In this document: positions 51,350-64,000 of the stretch, one piece after another
Position numbering within the stretch: the first letter of the stretch is position 1
Layout: each line of letters begins with the position of its first letter
DNA from: Macrostomum lignano
Taxonomy: Eukaryota
Length of the DNA: 64,000 nucleotides
NCBI GenBank assembly: GCA_002269645.1
Contig: NIVC01000623.1
Coordinates: 124,001-188,000, forward strand
Direction: 5' to 3'
The notes under the pieces: generated by a model
Databases searched by the model: none
The model's input: the letters and a program-made list of their open reading frames with translations, nothing else
Told to the model about the DNA's origin: nothing
Translations under genes and position numbers: made by a program

Positions 51350-52434
51350 TATGCTCATCTTTCGTGTGGATATGTGCTATAGTCCTATTTTTCATATTTT
51401 GGTAAGTTAGTAAGTTAGCAACCAATTTAATTTAATAGTTTTTAGCCTTATGATCTACTCTTGATATATTCCTAAGTTTTATACTTTTATTTATTATATT
51501 CTCATAAAATATATTATGGTTTTGTTAAAATGATAATGATAAAATAATTTTGAGGAGTAAAACCTATATAAGGATTATATATCTAGAAAATTGTCTAACA
51601 TTAGTCAAATATTACTTTCTATTTAAGTTAATAATAATTAAATTTGATATTGACATAAGACAAAAATCCACTATTGTTAAATAACTAACTAGTATACTTT
51701 GATATTAGCATATAACTATATATGTAAAATGAAAGTTTGAAAATAATTTGCGAAAGCATTTTCCAGAGTTTATAATTTGGCACTAACTGCCACTCCTATA
51801 GTCTTATCTACTGTAGAAATATATAAATGTATCCATATGCACATTGTATAGCTATATTGTAGCCTACAAATATTCCTATTGGGACCCAACTTAAAAATAA
51901 GAAAAAATGGGTCAATTTATTCTCAATTTTCATATTGTTGGGAATTTGGTACCATTGGCTCAAATTTTAGCTAGCTAGGGACCAGTCATGAGTATGACAT
52001 AAAGGCATGTGCAAAAAATCAATGATAAATGATTGTCACTAACTTTTGTCCTATGATATCCATGCAATTAAACAAATATAATTACAATACTGTATGCAGC
52101 ATGGTAACTAACATTTTGAAGGCCAGTATAAAGCAATACAATTAGCTAAACCCTGTCCCTGAAGCACTGATGCTTAAGCTAAGCTGAATGGAGCCAAATT
52201 CAATTAAAGAATCTGCTGTTAGTTGCCAGAGAATTGTAATCTTTTTCTTATACTTTTAGTGCATGTCTGACCCTGTAGACTTTTAATGCTAGAAAATTCA
52301 TTCAATGAATTAAAAAGGCAGGATCAAATATCAAACAACGAAAGTAGTTCGTAGCTGTGAACCAAATCCCTGCATCGTGGGATCTAAAGTATGGCCAACT
52401 ACAGCACCAAATTCTTGCTCAAATTAAGCTTCGT

Positions 52435-53650
52435 CCGGGCTAGCAGCGGCAGCAGTAGCATTGGCGATGGATCGCCTTGTTGGGCTGGGGCAGCTTGGCT
52501 GCTTTGGCTGTGCTCTTGGCAATTGCACGTCCTCCAGCCTGACGCTTCAACTACCATTTGGCATCACAACATGCCGTGTAAGTGCGCTGAAGGTGGGCGA
52601 GAGGTACCTTTACATCGTTGTTTGACAGGTGTTGAATTATAACATCAAGTTTGTTGCCGTCCGCAGGCAGCCGAACTTTGTCGCCAGAGCTACGACTGGT
52701 AAACGAAGTCTCTTGCAGCTCCTCCTCACTGAAGAGTGCGAAGCGCAACAGACTTTCAAGAAGTTTAGTAGACACGTTGACGTCCTCGCAACGCTTGCAT
52801 TCGTCTATTTGACTCTGAATGAACCTACAGTCCATAGATTGCACCTACATGCATTGTGTCCGAAAAAAACGGGGCATAATAAATCTGCACATTTTTATTC
52901 TATTTTATCTTGGAAAATATATTTGACATACAAAGCATTGGAATACTTTAATTTATGCTCCATTACCTGCATCTCCGGAAAAGCCGCAGATAGTGGGGCG
53001 AGAACGCGGTCATTGTTAGATTTCAACCGGCAGGTGATTTTTAATTGGCGACTGATGTCTAGTGGCGCAGCATTCTCGCAGTCTTCGCCGTCATCATCGC
53101 TGCATTCATCTTTAGCCCCAGAAGTTATGGCGGCAGCGACAGACAACAAAGCGCGCCGCTTCATCTGCACAGCTTGCACTTTGGCGTCCGTCAGCTGCTC
53201 CTGAAGTCGCGAAGATGCACCTCAAAGGGCTTTTAATGCGCAATCTCGCTCTTCGAGCTGCTTCGGCGCTTTGTCCTGTTCCTGACACAGAGCCAGCGTC
53301 TCGCTCTTCTACTTTTTAAGTTGCTTGTCCTTCCTGACGCACTCTGCGCAGCTGCGCATGCACTATGCAGATGTTCCTTTAATTCCTCCGGCTCTTTACT
53401 GGCATGGCAGAGCTTCAGGTACTTCCGGGCCTGATCCATGCTGACATAGGGGCCCTTGGCCGGATTTCGCACCGCGTTCTTTTTGTTGGATCTGGCTACG
53501 ACAACGGAAACCACTTGCTCAATAGTCCGAAACCCGTCGTCCAGATCGACGGCATCATGAAATACATGTTCATCGTTGACAATGGTGCACTGCTGCTTAC
53601 CCATCTTAAACTGGACAATCCAGTAAGATTCTGCAACCTTAGGTGGCATC
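52435..53650 (-). pseudogene. Decayed coiled-coil + BEN-domain gene, probably transposon-borne
   Basis: MPPKVAESYWIVQF...; coiled-coil segment with stops and a frameshift (KQLKK*KSETLALCQEQDKAPKQLEERDCALKAL*GASSRLQEQLTDAKVQ); intron after FPEMQ (GTAATG). Then KLLESLLRFALFSEEELQETSFTSRSSGDKVRLPADGNKLDVIIQHL...TACCDAKW*LKRQ, resembling the BEN consensus (LL..LF..EEL...S.TG....LD..KL..I). Domain call from motif memory, not a search. Confidence 0.55.
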
Positions 53651-55452
53651 TCTGAGGCAAATGTGCTTGAAAGACTGTAACAATTGGTGTGGAAAATGTA
53701 CACATTTACACATGCGGATGGATATATAGAGCTGCAGTTAAAAAAAATACGATGGCGAATATACAAATTGTCTGAAACAAAGTGTTCAAATCAAGGCAAT
53801 AAAATTTACAAAATATATTCCACGAATCCAGTTGTCCTGACTCGAAAAACAACAACTCACGCAGTGAACTCGCTTTACAGAATCCTTTTAGTATTTAGCT
53901 GAATCCGAATTGGCAATACAGATCAAAATGCCAGTTTTTATATACAAAAGTACAAGGTGCAACGGAAAATCACTTAATTTCAAAAAGTTACAAATCGGCA
54001 AAAAATTTAAAGCAAAATCATTAAGTTGGTTACCAGTGCTGGTAACAAAAGCGTCGTCGTTCCAAGTGGCACTTGCACGCATACACAATTGATGCCGGAT
54101 GCTCATCTGACGTCTTGCCCTGCATCTCGCCCTGCGTCTGACCATCGGCCCGAGTCTGCGGTCGAGGCTTGTTAAGTACAGACGCGTCCGCGTAAGCAAA
54201 GAAATCGCTACGCTTATTGCCCTGTTCCAGTTGTTCCAGAACGATCTGTAAATTAGCCAAGAAGATTGGGGGCTCTCTTGTCGGTATTGAATTGCTGCAT
54301 AAGATGGATGCCGAAGAAACAGCACATTTTTTCAGCGGGTAAAAGATAGGCCTATAAAGCCCTGAAAAATACACCTAATGATACACACACTGCAGTGCAA
54401 GAATATTCATTTATAACCATAAAGCGACATGCCAATATATAATAATTAGCAATAAAATAATTTGCCATAAAACAATGAAGCCTTAAGCCTTTCTGCGTAA
54501 CTCAGAAATCCGTGAATCAGTGTAAATTAATTAAACCAGAGCCAGTCGATCAGGTTGTCGTCTGTGTCAATGACGATCCAGAACGCACAAAGAGCCCCGG
54601 ACAATGGAGGCTGATAATTAAGCGAATGGTGGAAGAGCAAGAGCGAGAGGCCAAGACGTGGCGAAAGGGGCGGCTATGACAGAGAGGCTTCCATCCGCGA
54701 AGGCCCCTAATGCAGGGCCGCGGCGGCACGGACCGCGGCCGTTACTCCGGTGGGCTGCGGGAGCCCCGCCGATGTACAGAGCGTCGCCGCCGCCGATGCA
54801 TCGTCCGCGCAAGTCCACCAGCCTGCTGGAATGCGTTCCAAAAGCAAAAAGGCCAAGAAACATAGACATAACACAGAACATGGACGTGAAAATATTTTTT
54901 CTTTAGACGCTATTCCAGAGCGTGAAAATCAGGGAAATGTACGTGGAAATCGTGCCAACACTGCGCCGAACTTCAACCGACTTTTCTCAGACAAAATTTG
55001 GTGAAAATCGAGAAAATGTCGGTAAAAATTCGACCCAAAACAACTCAGACTTTTGTCTGTGTTTCATCGACCTAACTAACGAGCGAAAGTCGGAGAAAAT
55101 TCGTGTATATTTCGGTTCGATTATGAAAATCGTGTGAAAATGCGGGCTGAAGTTACACTGACAGTTTGAAAAACGCCGGAGTTGGGTCTCAGCGGGTCCT
55201 CATTGTGCTAGCTAAACTGGCTCTGATCATGTTTGATCTTTTTAATGCTTTATAAAAATTCATCTTTAGTGACTTGGTTAAGTATGTCCTTTGTTATTAA
55301 GCTACTATACAAGTTTTTAGAATAAAAAATATTTTTTATTATCAAAATTAGAACAAAATTCTTAATGACTAATTATAGGTTTTAATGTATTTTTTACTTA
55401 AGAAAATATGACAACAAAGCATAAGCATGGGCTACTTTCAGACAGACAAACA

Positions 55453-57948
55453 ATGGACAAAGAGATCAAACGAATTTCATCGGAGTCTACTCATCAGATT
55501 TGCTCTGCCCAGGTGATCACTTCTTGCGAGAGCGTTATCAAAGAGCTCATTGAGAATAGTCTGGATTCTGGAGCAACTAATATAGGTATTGATGGGCATA
55601 TTGCTCTTCTTCCTTCTATAAGTAGCATTAGCTATTTTTTAATAAAATTAAATAAACCATTCTGCCACTTGTTAAAGAGATTCGACTGCAGAACTATGGC
55701 TTGGATCTAATCGAAGTGATTGACAATGGCGGCGGCATCGCCTACAGCGACTTTGACGGGATCAGTGAGTGGCTCGCTTGCCAGGTTTCCTGCGTGTGAT
55801 CCGAATTATGGACCTCTAATTCGTGGTCTAAAAACACCAAGGACCATGTAGATTGGAGTGCAGCATGAGGACCACCGAAGGACCAAGTAGATTGGGGTGT
55901 AGCATGAGGACCACCGAAGGACCAAGTAGATTGGGGTGTAGCATGAGGACACCGAAGGACCAAGTAGATTTGGGTGTAGCATGAGGACACCGAAGGGCCA
56001 AGTAGATTGGGGTGTAGCTTGAGAACCACCGAAGGGCCAAGTAGATTGGAGTGTAGCTTGAGAACCACCGAAGGGCCAAGTAGATTGGAGTGTAGCTTGA
56101 GAACCACCGAAGGGCCAAGTAGATTGGGGTGTAGCATGAGGACACCGAAAGGCCAAGTAGATTGGGGTGTAGCATGAGGACCACCGAAGGGCCAAGTAGA
56201 TGGGGTGTAGCATGAGGACCACCGAAGGGCCAAGTAGATTGGGGTGTAGCATGAGGACCACCGAAGGGCCAAGTAGATTGGGGTGTAGCATGAGGACCAC
56301 TGAAGGACCAAGTAGATTGGGGTGTAGCATGAGGACACCGAATGACAAAGTAACCTTAATGCGCAGAGCAGTCCGATTTAATTAGTTTTAAAATCGCTTT
56401 CCTCAGCTCTGAAGCACCACACCTCTAAGCTGAGACAGTTCGACGGCCTGCTGTCCGTCAAAACGTTTGGCTTTCGCGGCGAAGCTCTCAGCTCTCTGTG
56501 CGCTGTCAGGTAAGTGGGCCAGCATTCTGAAGCGTCTATGGAAATTTTAGCGCGATTTCATTACTTTTGATAAAAAAGTTGCTATGCCATTCTGTCCCTG
56601 CCACACGCAGCGAGCTGTCTATTCACACGTACAGCACTAGCGATTCGACTGGCACTGTGCTAAGCTACGACCATGCTGGCTGCGTTCAATCGCAATTGGC
56701 CAAGCCTAGGCAGGTGAGAACGGCTTGATTGAGGTTTTAAGCGGGACTGAACTAAGATTTGTGATCGGGATCCACTGGGTCTGTACTGGGATTCACTGAA
56801 TCTAAACTGGGAAGGTATTCACTGATTCTGAACTGGGACTCGCTGATTCTGAACTGGGAAGAGATTCACTAAGTCTGAACTGGGAAGGTATTCACTGAGT
56901 CTGAACTGGGATTCACTGAATCTGAACTGGGACTCACTGATTCTGAAGCGGGATTCACTGAGTCTGAACTGGGATTCACTGAGTCTCAATTGGGATTCAC
57001 TGATTCTGAACTGAGAAGAGATTTACTGAGTCTGAACTGGGATTCACTGAGTCTGAACTGGGATTCACTGAATCTGAACTGGGACTCACTGATTCTGAAG
57101 CGGGATTCACTGAGTCTGAACTGGGAAGAGATTTACTGAGTCTGAACTGGGATTCACTGAGTTTGAACTGGGATTCACTCAGTCTACTGGGATTCACTGA
57201 TTATCAACTTGGATTCACTGAGTCTACTGGGATTCACTGATTATCAACTGGGATTCACTGAGTCTAAACTGGGAAGGGATTCACTGAGTCTGTACTGGGA
57301 TTCACTGAGTCTGTACTGGGATTCACTGAGTCTGAACTGAGATTCACTGATTCTGAACTGGGATCCACTGAAATTGAACTAGGATTCACTGACTCTGAAC
57401 TGGGTTCACTGAATCTGAACTGGGATTCACTGAATCTGAACTGGGTTCACTGAATCTGAACTAGGACTCACTGAATCTGAACTGGGCTCACTGAATCTGA
57501 ACTAGGATTCACTGAATCTGAACTGGGCTCACTGAATCTGAACTGGCATCCACTGGATTTAGACTGGTTCATGAATCGGAATGCAGATATTCTGAAATGA
57601 AATGGACGGATTGTGGTGTGGAATTCCGGGATTTTAAACAGGGGTACACAGATTCAGAACTGGGATTCGGGAACGTTTAACCGGGATCCGGAGATTTAGA
57701 TGGAGGACTAGGATTATGAATTGGGATTTAAGGATAAAATTACTTTCTTACCAGCCCATCAATCTCAAACCCCAGCCAGGAACAACGGTGTCAGCCAGAA
57801 ATCTGTTTCGCCAATTTCCTGTCCGACTAAAAGAGATGCAAAAGACTGGCCAACGAGAGCTGAAAGCTTGCGCTCGCTGCGTCACCGCCTACGCTCTGGC
57901 GCACACGGGGATCAAGTTCTGCCTCAGTCACCAGCCTAGCCAATCAGG
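55453..57948 (+). CDS. PMS2: MutL-family mismatch-repair protein, PMS2 type; N-terminal ATPase exons 1-5 (gene incomplete in window)
   Basis: Phase-compatible exons 55453-55585, 55678-55764, 56407-56509, 56611-56713 and 57776-57948. They give [61 protein letters not shown]...TLKHHTSKL...[16 protein letters not shown]...[24 protein letters not shown] and LKHHTSK are PMS2-like. An alternative ATG lies at 55408. Confidence 0.9.
55835..56340. repeat. 39-bp intronic minisatellite (GTAGATTGGGGTGTAGCATGAGGACCACCGAAGGGCCAA)n
   Basis: Fills PMS2 intron 2. Confidence 0.93.
56770..57560. repeat. ~21-bp intronic minisatellite (CTGAGTCTGAACTGGGATTCA)n
   Basis: Fills PMS2 intron 4. Confidence 0.92.
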
Positions 57949-58039
57949 GTGAGTGCGGAATGCGGATCTTGGACGCGAAACTTCGTTTCTTAGAATTTTC
58001 GTTTCTTAGATCGATGCTCATTTTGCAACATGAAGTTTG

Positions 58040-58415
58040 CTAGCGAGAAATTTGCTTGCCGAAATCTGCTAGCCGAAGTTTGCTGGCCGAAATGTGCTAG
58101 CCGAAGTTTGCTAGCCGAAATCTGCTAGCCGAAGTTTGCTAGCCGAAGTTTGCTAGCCGAAATGTGCTAGCCGAAGTTTGCTAGCCGAAATGTGCTAGCC
58201 GAAGTTTGCTAGCCGAAATCTGCTAGCCGAAGTTTGCTAGCCGAAATCTGCTAGCCGAAGTTTGCTAGCCGAAATGTGCTAGCCGAAATCTGCTAGCCGA
58301 AATCTGCTAGCCGAAATGTACTAGCCGAAGTTTGCTAGCCGAAATGTGCTAGCCGAAATGTGCTAGCCGAAATCTGCTAGCCGAAGTTTGCCAGCCGAAA
58401 TCTGCTAGCAGGAAT
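58040..58415. repeat. 14-bp minisatellite (GAAGTTTGCTAGCC)n
   Basis: Unit read directly, PMS2 intron 5. Confidence 0.93.
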
Positions 58416-60307
58416 TTTGCTAGCAAGTATTTTGCTAGCTGCCTTGCTCTCGTAGCTGTTGCATGTTATTTGCTGTGTTTTGATTCCGATTTGAGCTGCT
58501 TTGATTCGTACGAGTAAATATATAACTTATATACCATATACTGCCATTACCAGCCATTAAGACTGAAAGTTGTGTGTATAGATAAGTTTAAATTTAACTA
58601 CCTGAACTACAGCTGCCTGAGCTACCTGAACTACGGCCTTACAGCTGATAATGCTAAAACATTATCAAATGTCTACGAGTAAAATAGGACAAAAAGTTAT
58701 AAATGATTTTGACGATTTCCAAGTGCAGTTTTAGCATATACAGTACTTTAGCATACAGTAACACACATGTTGGTGTACAGTATCTATAGCTAGATACATT
58801 TATGTCCAAGGTACAATTTACTATAGCTACGAGTATATGTATTGTTAATGTATAGATATTTTCCATCGCTTACGGCACTGTGTACAAGCAAAAACTCTAT
58901 GCAGGTGTGGCCCACAAGCTCTTACCCTGTGATCATAGATGTAATATATTTACTTTATTCAATAGCTTGTATATGAACTTTTCAATCCACCTACGTTAAA
59001 ACCTAAATCTTATTTTCTTTTTGTCTATGACGTCATCTACTGATTGCGTTTTAACACGTACATGTACGAGAACCCACGGCGAAGGCTAGGCGGCAGATTA
59101 AGTCCCATACATGTACTCGTAGATACATGCAGCCAGTACCCCTTCTCCCAAATAGCAAGTACCCCCCCCCTCAAGAGAGAAATCTTAGTAAAAATTGTCA
59201 AAATCTATTTCAAAAAATGTCTTAGTCAAAATTGATTTTTAACTGTTCAATATTGATTCGGAGTTGTCAAAAATGAAGCGGACTTTTTGGGTACACAAAC
59301 CATAGAGTGTCAGTTTTGAAGCAACTCTGTCAAAATAGAATCAGACTTTGCAGCCCAACCAGTCAGGCTATTTTAGTCTGTGTGTCTAAAGGATGGAGAA
59401 AAATAAATTTTATCAATACTTGTAGATCCAAAAAGCAAAGTCAGAATCAGCTGATTTTGCACAGCTCACTTCAGCCCCGTTCAGGCTTTCATTGGATTAC
59501 TTTGTTACCGAATTCTCCCAGGAGAAGTTGACTAAACGTGCATTGTCAAAATTGAACCAGAGTTTGTCAAAATTGAAGCTTGATCTGTCAATATTGATTG
59601 TAGATTTTGAGTGCCCGACCATAGAGTGTCAATATTGCAGAGGAGTTTGTCAGTTTCGAAGTTCATGCATATCATGAAAAAGTTGAAAAACACAAGCAAA
59701 TGCACATTTCTTTGCTCGTAGCAATGTACGAGCGTACGCTCGTACTCGTAGCATAATTCCTTTTGATTTTAAACAAATTTGATAAACGAAATGCATGATG
59801 CTTGATGCATCCTAAACTTTCGTGTAGCTTTGTCTGGGATCTCTGTAGAATATAATATTATTTATTTCTTAGAATCTAATTATCCAGCATTAAAATGCAG
59901 CTACGCTTGTATGATGACTCATGGCAGCATTAGCTAAATCGAATCAGCACACTGTTATTCGATGCACAACTATATCATTTAACTATATGCATCATGCACA
60001 AGTTTTCATGCCCATTCTCTAGTTTACCTTTTTGCTTTAATACGTAAAGAGTAAAAATAAAAATCGTTACTAGAAAGTTTAATATGTATGAAAACATCCA
60101 AACTGGAATGGCAAGCACATAAAAAATAAAAACACTAGTTATGCAAAAACACTGCTAATAAGTAGTTAGCTATAATGAAAATTTGGTTAGTGTTTGATTA
60201 TAAAAATAACAAAAACGGCTGCAAAAATGCTGGTCACCTTGGAAAAATATAGAGTATAGACCCTAGCTAAACAGCGATTCCTTAGCAGCGAAGATAAAAA
60301 AGTGGGT

Positions 60308-61636
60308 TTATTTCTTGATGTGATGAGCGATGCCACGCAAAAATGAGTGCACTGGATAGTCAGCTGGCAATCCTTCACCATCAATCCACCTTTGGGTGAT
60401 ACGTAGCACACTTGCGTTGCTTTGAGCGTACTTCAGACGAAAAGCAGGAGCTTCACCAGCATCAGCACGCTGGACAAGCCACTGTTGATAGTCTTGCTCT
60501 TTCTTTAAGCTACTTATAAGCTTAAAGATTTGTGGCTTGCAGCACTGAAGCAGGGTTTGCAGGCGACGATGCCATGCCTCGACAGAATTATTAGTCCGGT
60601 GTCGGCCTTCTAGTGTGCGCTGACGCACATTCCAGCAACTAAGAGGGAACCTTGGCTCCCGCCTTTGGTTGTTGGGCAAGGGTCGGCCGACCCATTGGTC
60701 CTCAAAATAGTCGCGCACCGGCTCAAGCTCCTCCGGAAATTCCGGGAGTGAAACGAGGTGCTCGAAGGTTGCTGGGACTGACTCAGTCGGAACAAAAGCC
60801 AAGGCAGATAAACAGCGCATCCATAAGGATAACTCGCCATCCTCCTGTTCCAACTGCTGTTTGAGCCCTTCCGAAACAGCCTTACGATAAACGCATTGAC
60901 TTAGATGAAAAAAGCAACCAGATGGCTCCAAATGAAAAACGTCACGAATGGCATTTCTCTGTGCACGTTCAAAATCACACATCCAATGGGTAGGATGCAG
61001 ATTGGGTGCAAGCTGCTGCAATATTTCGAAAAAGCGACGGTAGGTGTCCTGAGTTTTGTTTGGCAAAAGTGCGAAAATGAGAGGACGCTCTACATGCACT
61101 GTTAATAATTGGGCAAAAAGAGTGGGAGCACCATCGAATGTTCCATCAGAAAAGAAATGCGATGCTTGTTGCAGTGCCTCAAGGTTTGCCTCAGTTCCAA
61201 AAATCAAAATGCGATTCGCATGTGGCCCTGTGTCATGCAGAAGAAACTGATGGCCATGGTGGAGTTGAATTTTATTTGGAATCACAAGCTCCTGGCGATT
61301 CTCTGGCTGTACAGGCAAGTCTTGAGTCTTATGGCGGACATTTTGCACCATTCGCTTCAAGCAGGTCTCCTTTGGTAAGGCAACACCTGCAGCCTCAGGT
61401 AGTCCAGCCACATTCGTGGCTATAATGTTGGCTGTTGAATCTGCGTGGATGCAGCCTCGCGCTTCATTCTTGCCACAGCTTCCAAGGCTAAAAAGCGGGA
61501 GCAATTCGGCCCATGGGTGTGGCTGTGAAGTTGTTTGATTTTCATGCCATTTTGGACATGAATCCATCACTTGAAATTTTTCCTTATTTTTTATGGTAAT
61601 AGTACTGCCTACTGGCACAGGAGCATGGTCTTCCAT
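60308..61636 (-). mobile_element. Mutator-like (MULE) DDE transposase ORF, 442 aa
   Basis: FLLHDTG...ILIFGT, SDGTF (D1), PLIFALLPNKTQDTY, MCDFE (D2), GCFFHLSQ (CxxH), DYFEDQW, WNV...RTNNSVEAWH (E). TIRs not identified; N-terminal DNA-binding domain not evident. Confidence 0.92.
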
Positions 61637-62959
61637 TGTGCAAAATGAATCTGTAATGTAATTGCATTTAAATTAATACATTTTTGTAACTAGATGGCAT
61701 TATAAATTTAATATCCTAAAACTAACTTTAACACTAAACCTAGTTTTTTGAGGAGTATATTTGCACAAATTGAAGGTAATTAAGGTAATTTAAGGTAATT
61801 CTGCATGTGGCGGAACCCTTAGCCCCTACACTTCAGCTCTAGGTCATTTTAGTAATCATAAAATGAGAAGCAAGCAATAGCAATATGAAGGCAAATAATA
61901 TCATATATTTATAAATTATATTTTGTTACTTTATCATAGGACTATAAATTCCTATTTATAATAGCCAATTATGATAGCTAATATGGATGCCCTATTGCCC
62001 ATTTGCAACATTTTGCAACTAAGTAAACTGAAGCTTATAGATTTGTTATTCAATAGCAATAACAGCATAAGAACTCTAGAATAGTAAAATAAAAAGAACT
62101 CTAGAACTTTTAACTCTTAATTATTGGTTTATAGCATTTGTAGATTAGTTATTCCTCTATAGTCTACTCTAGTTTCTAAAGAATTCGCTCATTTTTAGAG
62201 GAAATAAAAGACTAAGTCTAAAGTTTTCCATAGAATAATGAAAATAATTGATTACAATCATCCATTTTAGATAAATGGATGATCAGATAAAGGGACATCA
62301 GATTTTAGATAAATACATATAAATACAAAGCCTTATGTCTAGTGCTAACCTAAACTAATATCACATTGTTTATCGAAATCCATGCACCAAAGTTTAGCAT
62401 ACAGGCGCTATATAGATTCTCTATTAGACAGAACTGTGTCTAGTACGTTAAAATGAATTATTTAGCTAATAAACAACAAATTTAGGTTATAATTTTACTA
62501 ACTGGCAACACAGTTAATATCTTATATCTAATTATAATGTTTACTGTGTCTCCTTGTCTGCGACTGCAAAATAAAAAAAATGTTTAACCGATTTTTTGCA
62601 ACCCATGCCAAAAGATCGACTTGTTTCCATGCAATGGTATTGCATGGTTTTGGCTAAAAATAGTCAAGAGAAGTGGTTAAAAATCCCAAATCTTTTTATA
62701 ACTAAAAACCATATCTGATAAATAATTGCTGTAAAAAGCCAGTGTCTACATTTTATGATTGCATTGTTGGGCACACTTATAATTTTATTTTAGCCCGCTA
62801 TCGGCCTCTTTCTAAACACTTAAAAAAAGAAAATCGGTAATTTATCTTGACCAAAGTAGCCACATTTTAAAAGGTGTTAAGAAGAATAGAATTAACAAGC
62901 ACATTTTGTATATAAATTTGTATGCTCGGAGAGGGTCAGACTAAATTAGCCAAAGTGCG

Positions 62960-63884
62960 GGGGTGACTCATCAGACCAAAGGGCCCGCCTGAGATCACGC
63001 CACCAGCAAATGATAGAGAGAGCGCTGGGCTGACTCATCGGACCAAAGGGCCCACCTGAGATCACGCGCCAGCGAAGAATCGAGGGGCCAACAGGCCTAG
63101 ATTAAACAATTAGCCATAAGTCTAAGTCAAGAACACTACAGAGCAAGTTGAATAAACATGAGCAAGAGTACCAAATTAACTAATTATCGTGTCAAGTAAC
63201 AAGACAACTGAATAATAATGAACGGCTAAATAATTTGAATAAATATATTTGTGCGGTGCAAGTGCAAGAGGGACCACTGTTCAAACAAAGAAATAATTAA
63301 GTTGGGACCCACGGGTCAAGGCAACCAAATCTGTTCCTTATGCGGGAGACAGACGGGTCCTGTGGGTCACGCTTATCGCGTCTACGCGCCTTCTTGTCTT
63401 TCTCTTCTAAGAATTTCTTTAACTGCCGCTTACCCATCAGCAAGTGCGCTGAGGATTTGCCAGGGTAGCGCAAGTTGTAATGCAAATCTTGTTCAACACT
63501 ATCTGTAGCGGATAACTCACTGTCTAACTCTGTAGCAGCTTCTAGAGTCTCGCTTGGAGCTACTATACTTTCTGGAGCCTGTTCAGACTCTGGAATCGCA
63601 GGCTGCGCTGGCGCTAATTCATCGGCGCTTTCGCCTGGTTCCTCTAGCAACTCATCTATGTCAGAGCTAGCGACTACACTATCAGCCCTCCATGTAATCA
63701 GATAATTAGGAGCAGGCTGCTCATACTCACTGTCTGTTGAAGACTGTGCTTCGTTTGACGGGTGAGAAGTGGATGGCTGATTAGCTGATTGAATTGGCGA
63801 CTTTGATTGCTGCTTGACTAACATACATGCGCAACCTCTAAAATTCGGTCGGCCGTGCGACTTAGTTTTAACAAAATGCGACAT
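62960..63884 (-). mobile_element. Possible LTR-retrotransposon remnant (acidic, disordered post-integrase-like ORF plus a duplicated enhancer-like repeat)
   Basis: ORF 63884-63297 is E/S/P-rich and includes HYNLRYPG (similar to the RY.LR motif at Gypsy pol C-termini). Downstream are two ~37-bp direct repeats (62964-63000, 63031-63067), each containing TGACTCA. No RT or integrase core visible. Confidence 0.3.
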
Positions 63885-64000
63885 AGTTTTTGGCCAAAAA
63901 TGCGACTTACACGTAAAAAAAACCCTAAAGCAAAATTAACGCAACTTTGGGTAAACGGCAGGAGTAACTATGACTGTCTTATTAAGCCAAAATGCCTCGT

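Noticed and set aside
54230-54620. Fragments FWIVIDTDDNLIDWL and CFFGIHLMQQF resembling a Ulp1/SENP protease
   Set aside because: The catalytic His-Trp and Gln..Cys spacing cannot be shown, and the fragments are in different frames.
59040-59760. Possible MITE (TACGAG/CTCGTA motifs at the ends, internal GTCAAAATTG repeats)
   Set aside because: No clean terminal inverted repeat or target-site duplication could be delimited by eye.
62964-63067. CTGATGAG on the minus strand resembling a hammerhead ribozyme core
   Set aside because: No downstream stem II plus GAAA or stem III/cleavage triplet could be built.

Overview
Eukaryotic (invertebrate-type) genomic DNA with spliceosomal introns. Short GC-richer exons separated by introns filled with about 30 different mini/microsatellite arrays suggest a flatworm such as Macrostomum (inference only). 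Most entries in the ORF track are artefacts of tandem repeats. Genes rebuilt by hand from GT-AG junctions and phase checks: (1) a minus-strand multi-exon gene fragment of unknown function (~10.0-12.5 kb); (2) a minus-strand secreted, probably GPI-anchored beta-lactamase/PBP-family serine hydrolase (16258-19735) with SxxK, YxN and HxG motifs but one unresolved splice-phase break; (3) a complete 8-exon inscuteable (insc) gene (30089-46144, +); (4) the first five exons of a PMS2-type MutL gene (55453-57948, +). Mobile elements: a tRNA-derived CORE-SINE, a decayed DD34D mariner, a decayed BEN-domain gene, a MULE transposase and a possible LTR-element fragment. I found no clearly new biological system. 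The most unusual signals concern satellite architecture: inverted copies of one 17-bp satellite flank a catalytic exon, a 49-bp array may derive from a lost microexon, and a GTGTCT/AGACAC core is shared by many unrelated arrays.
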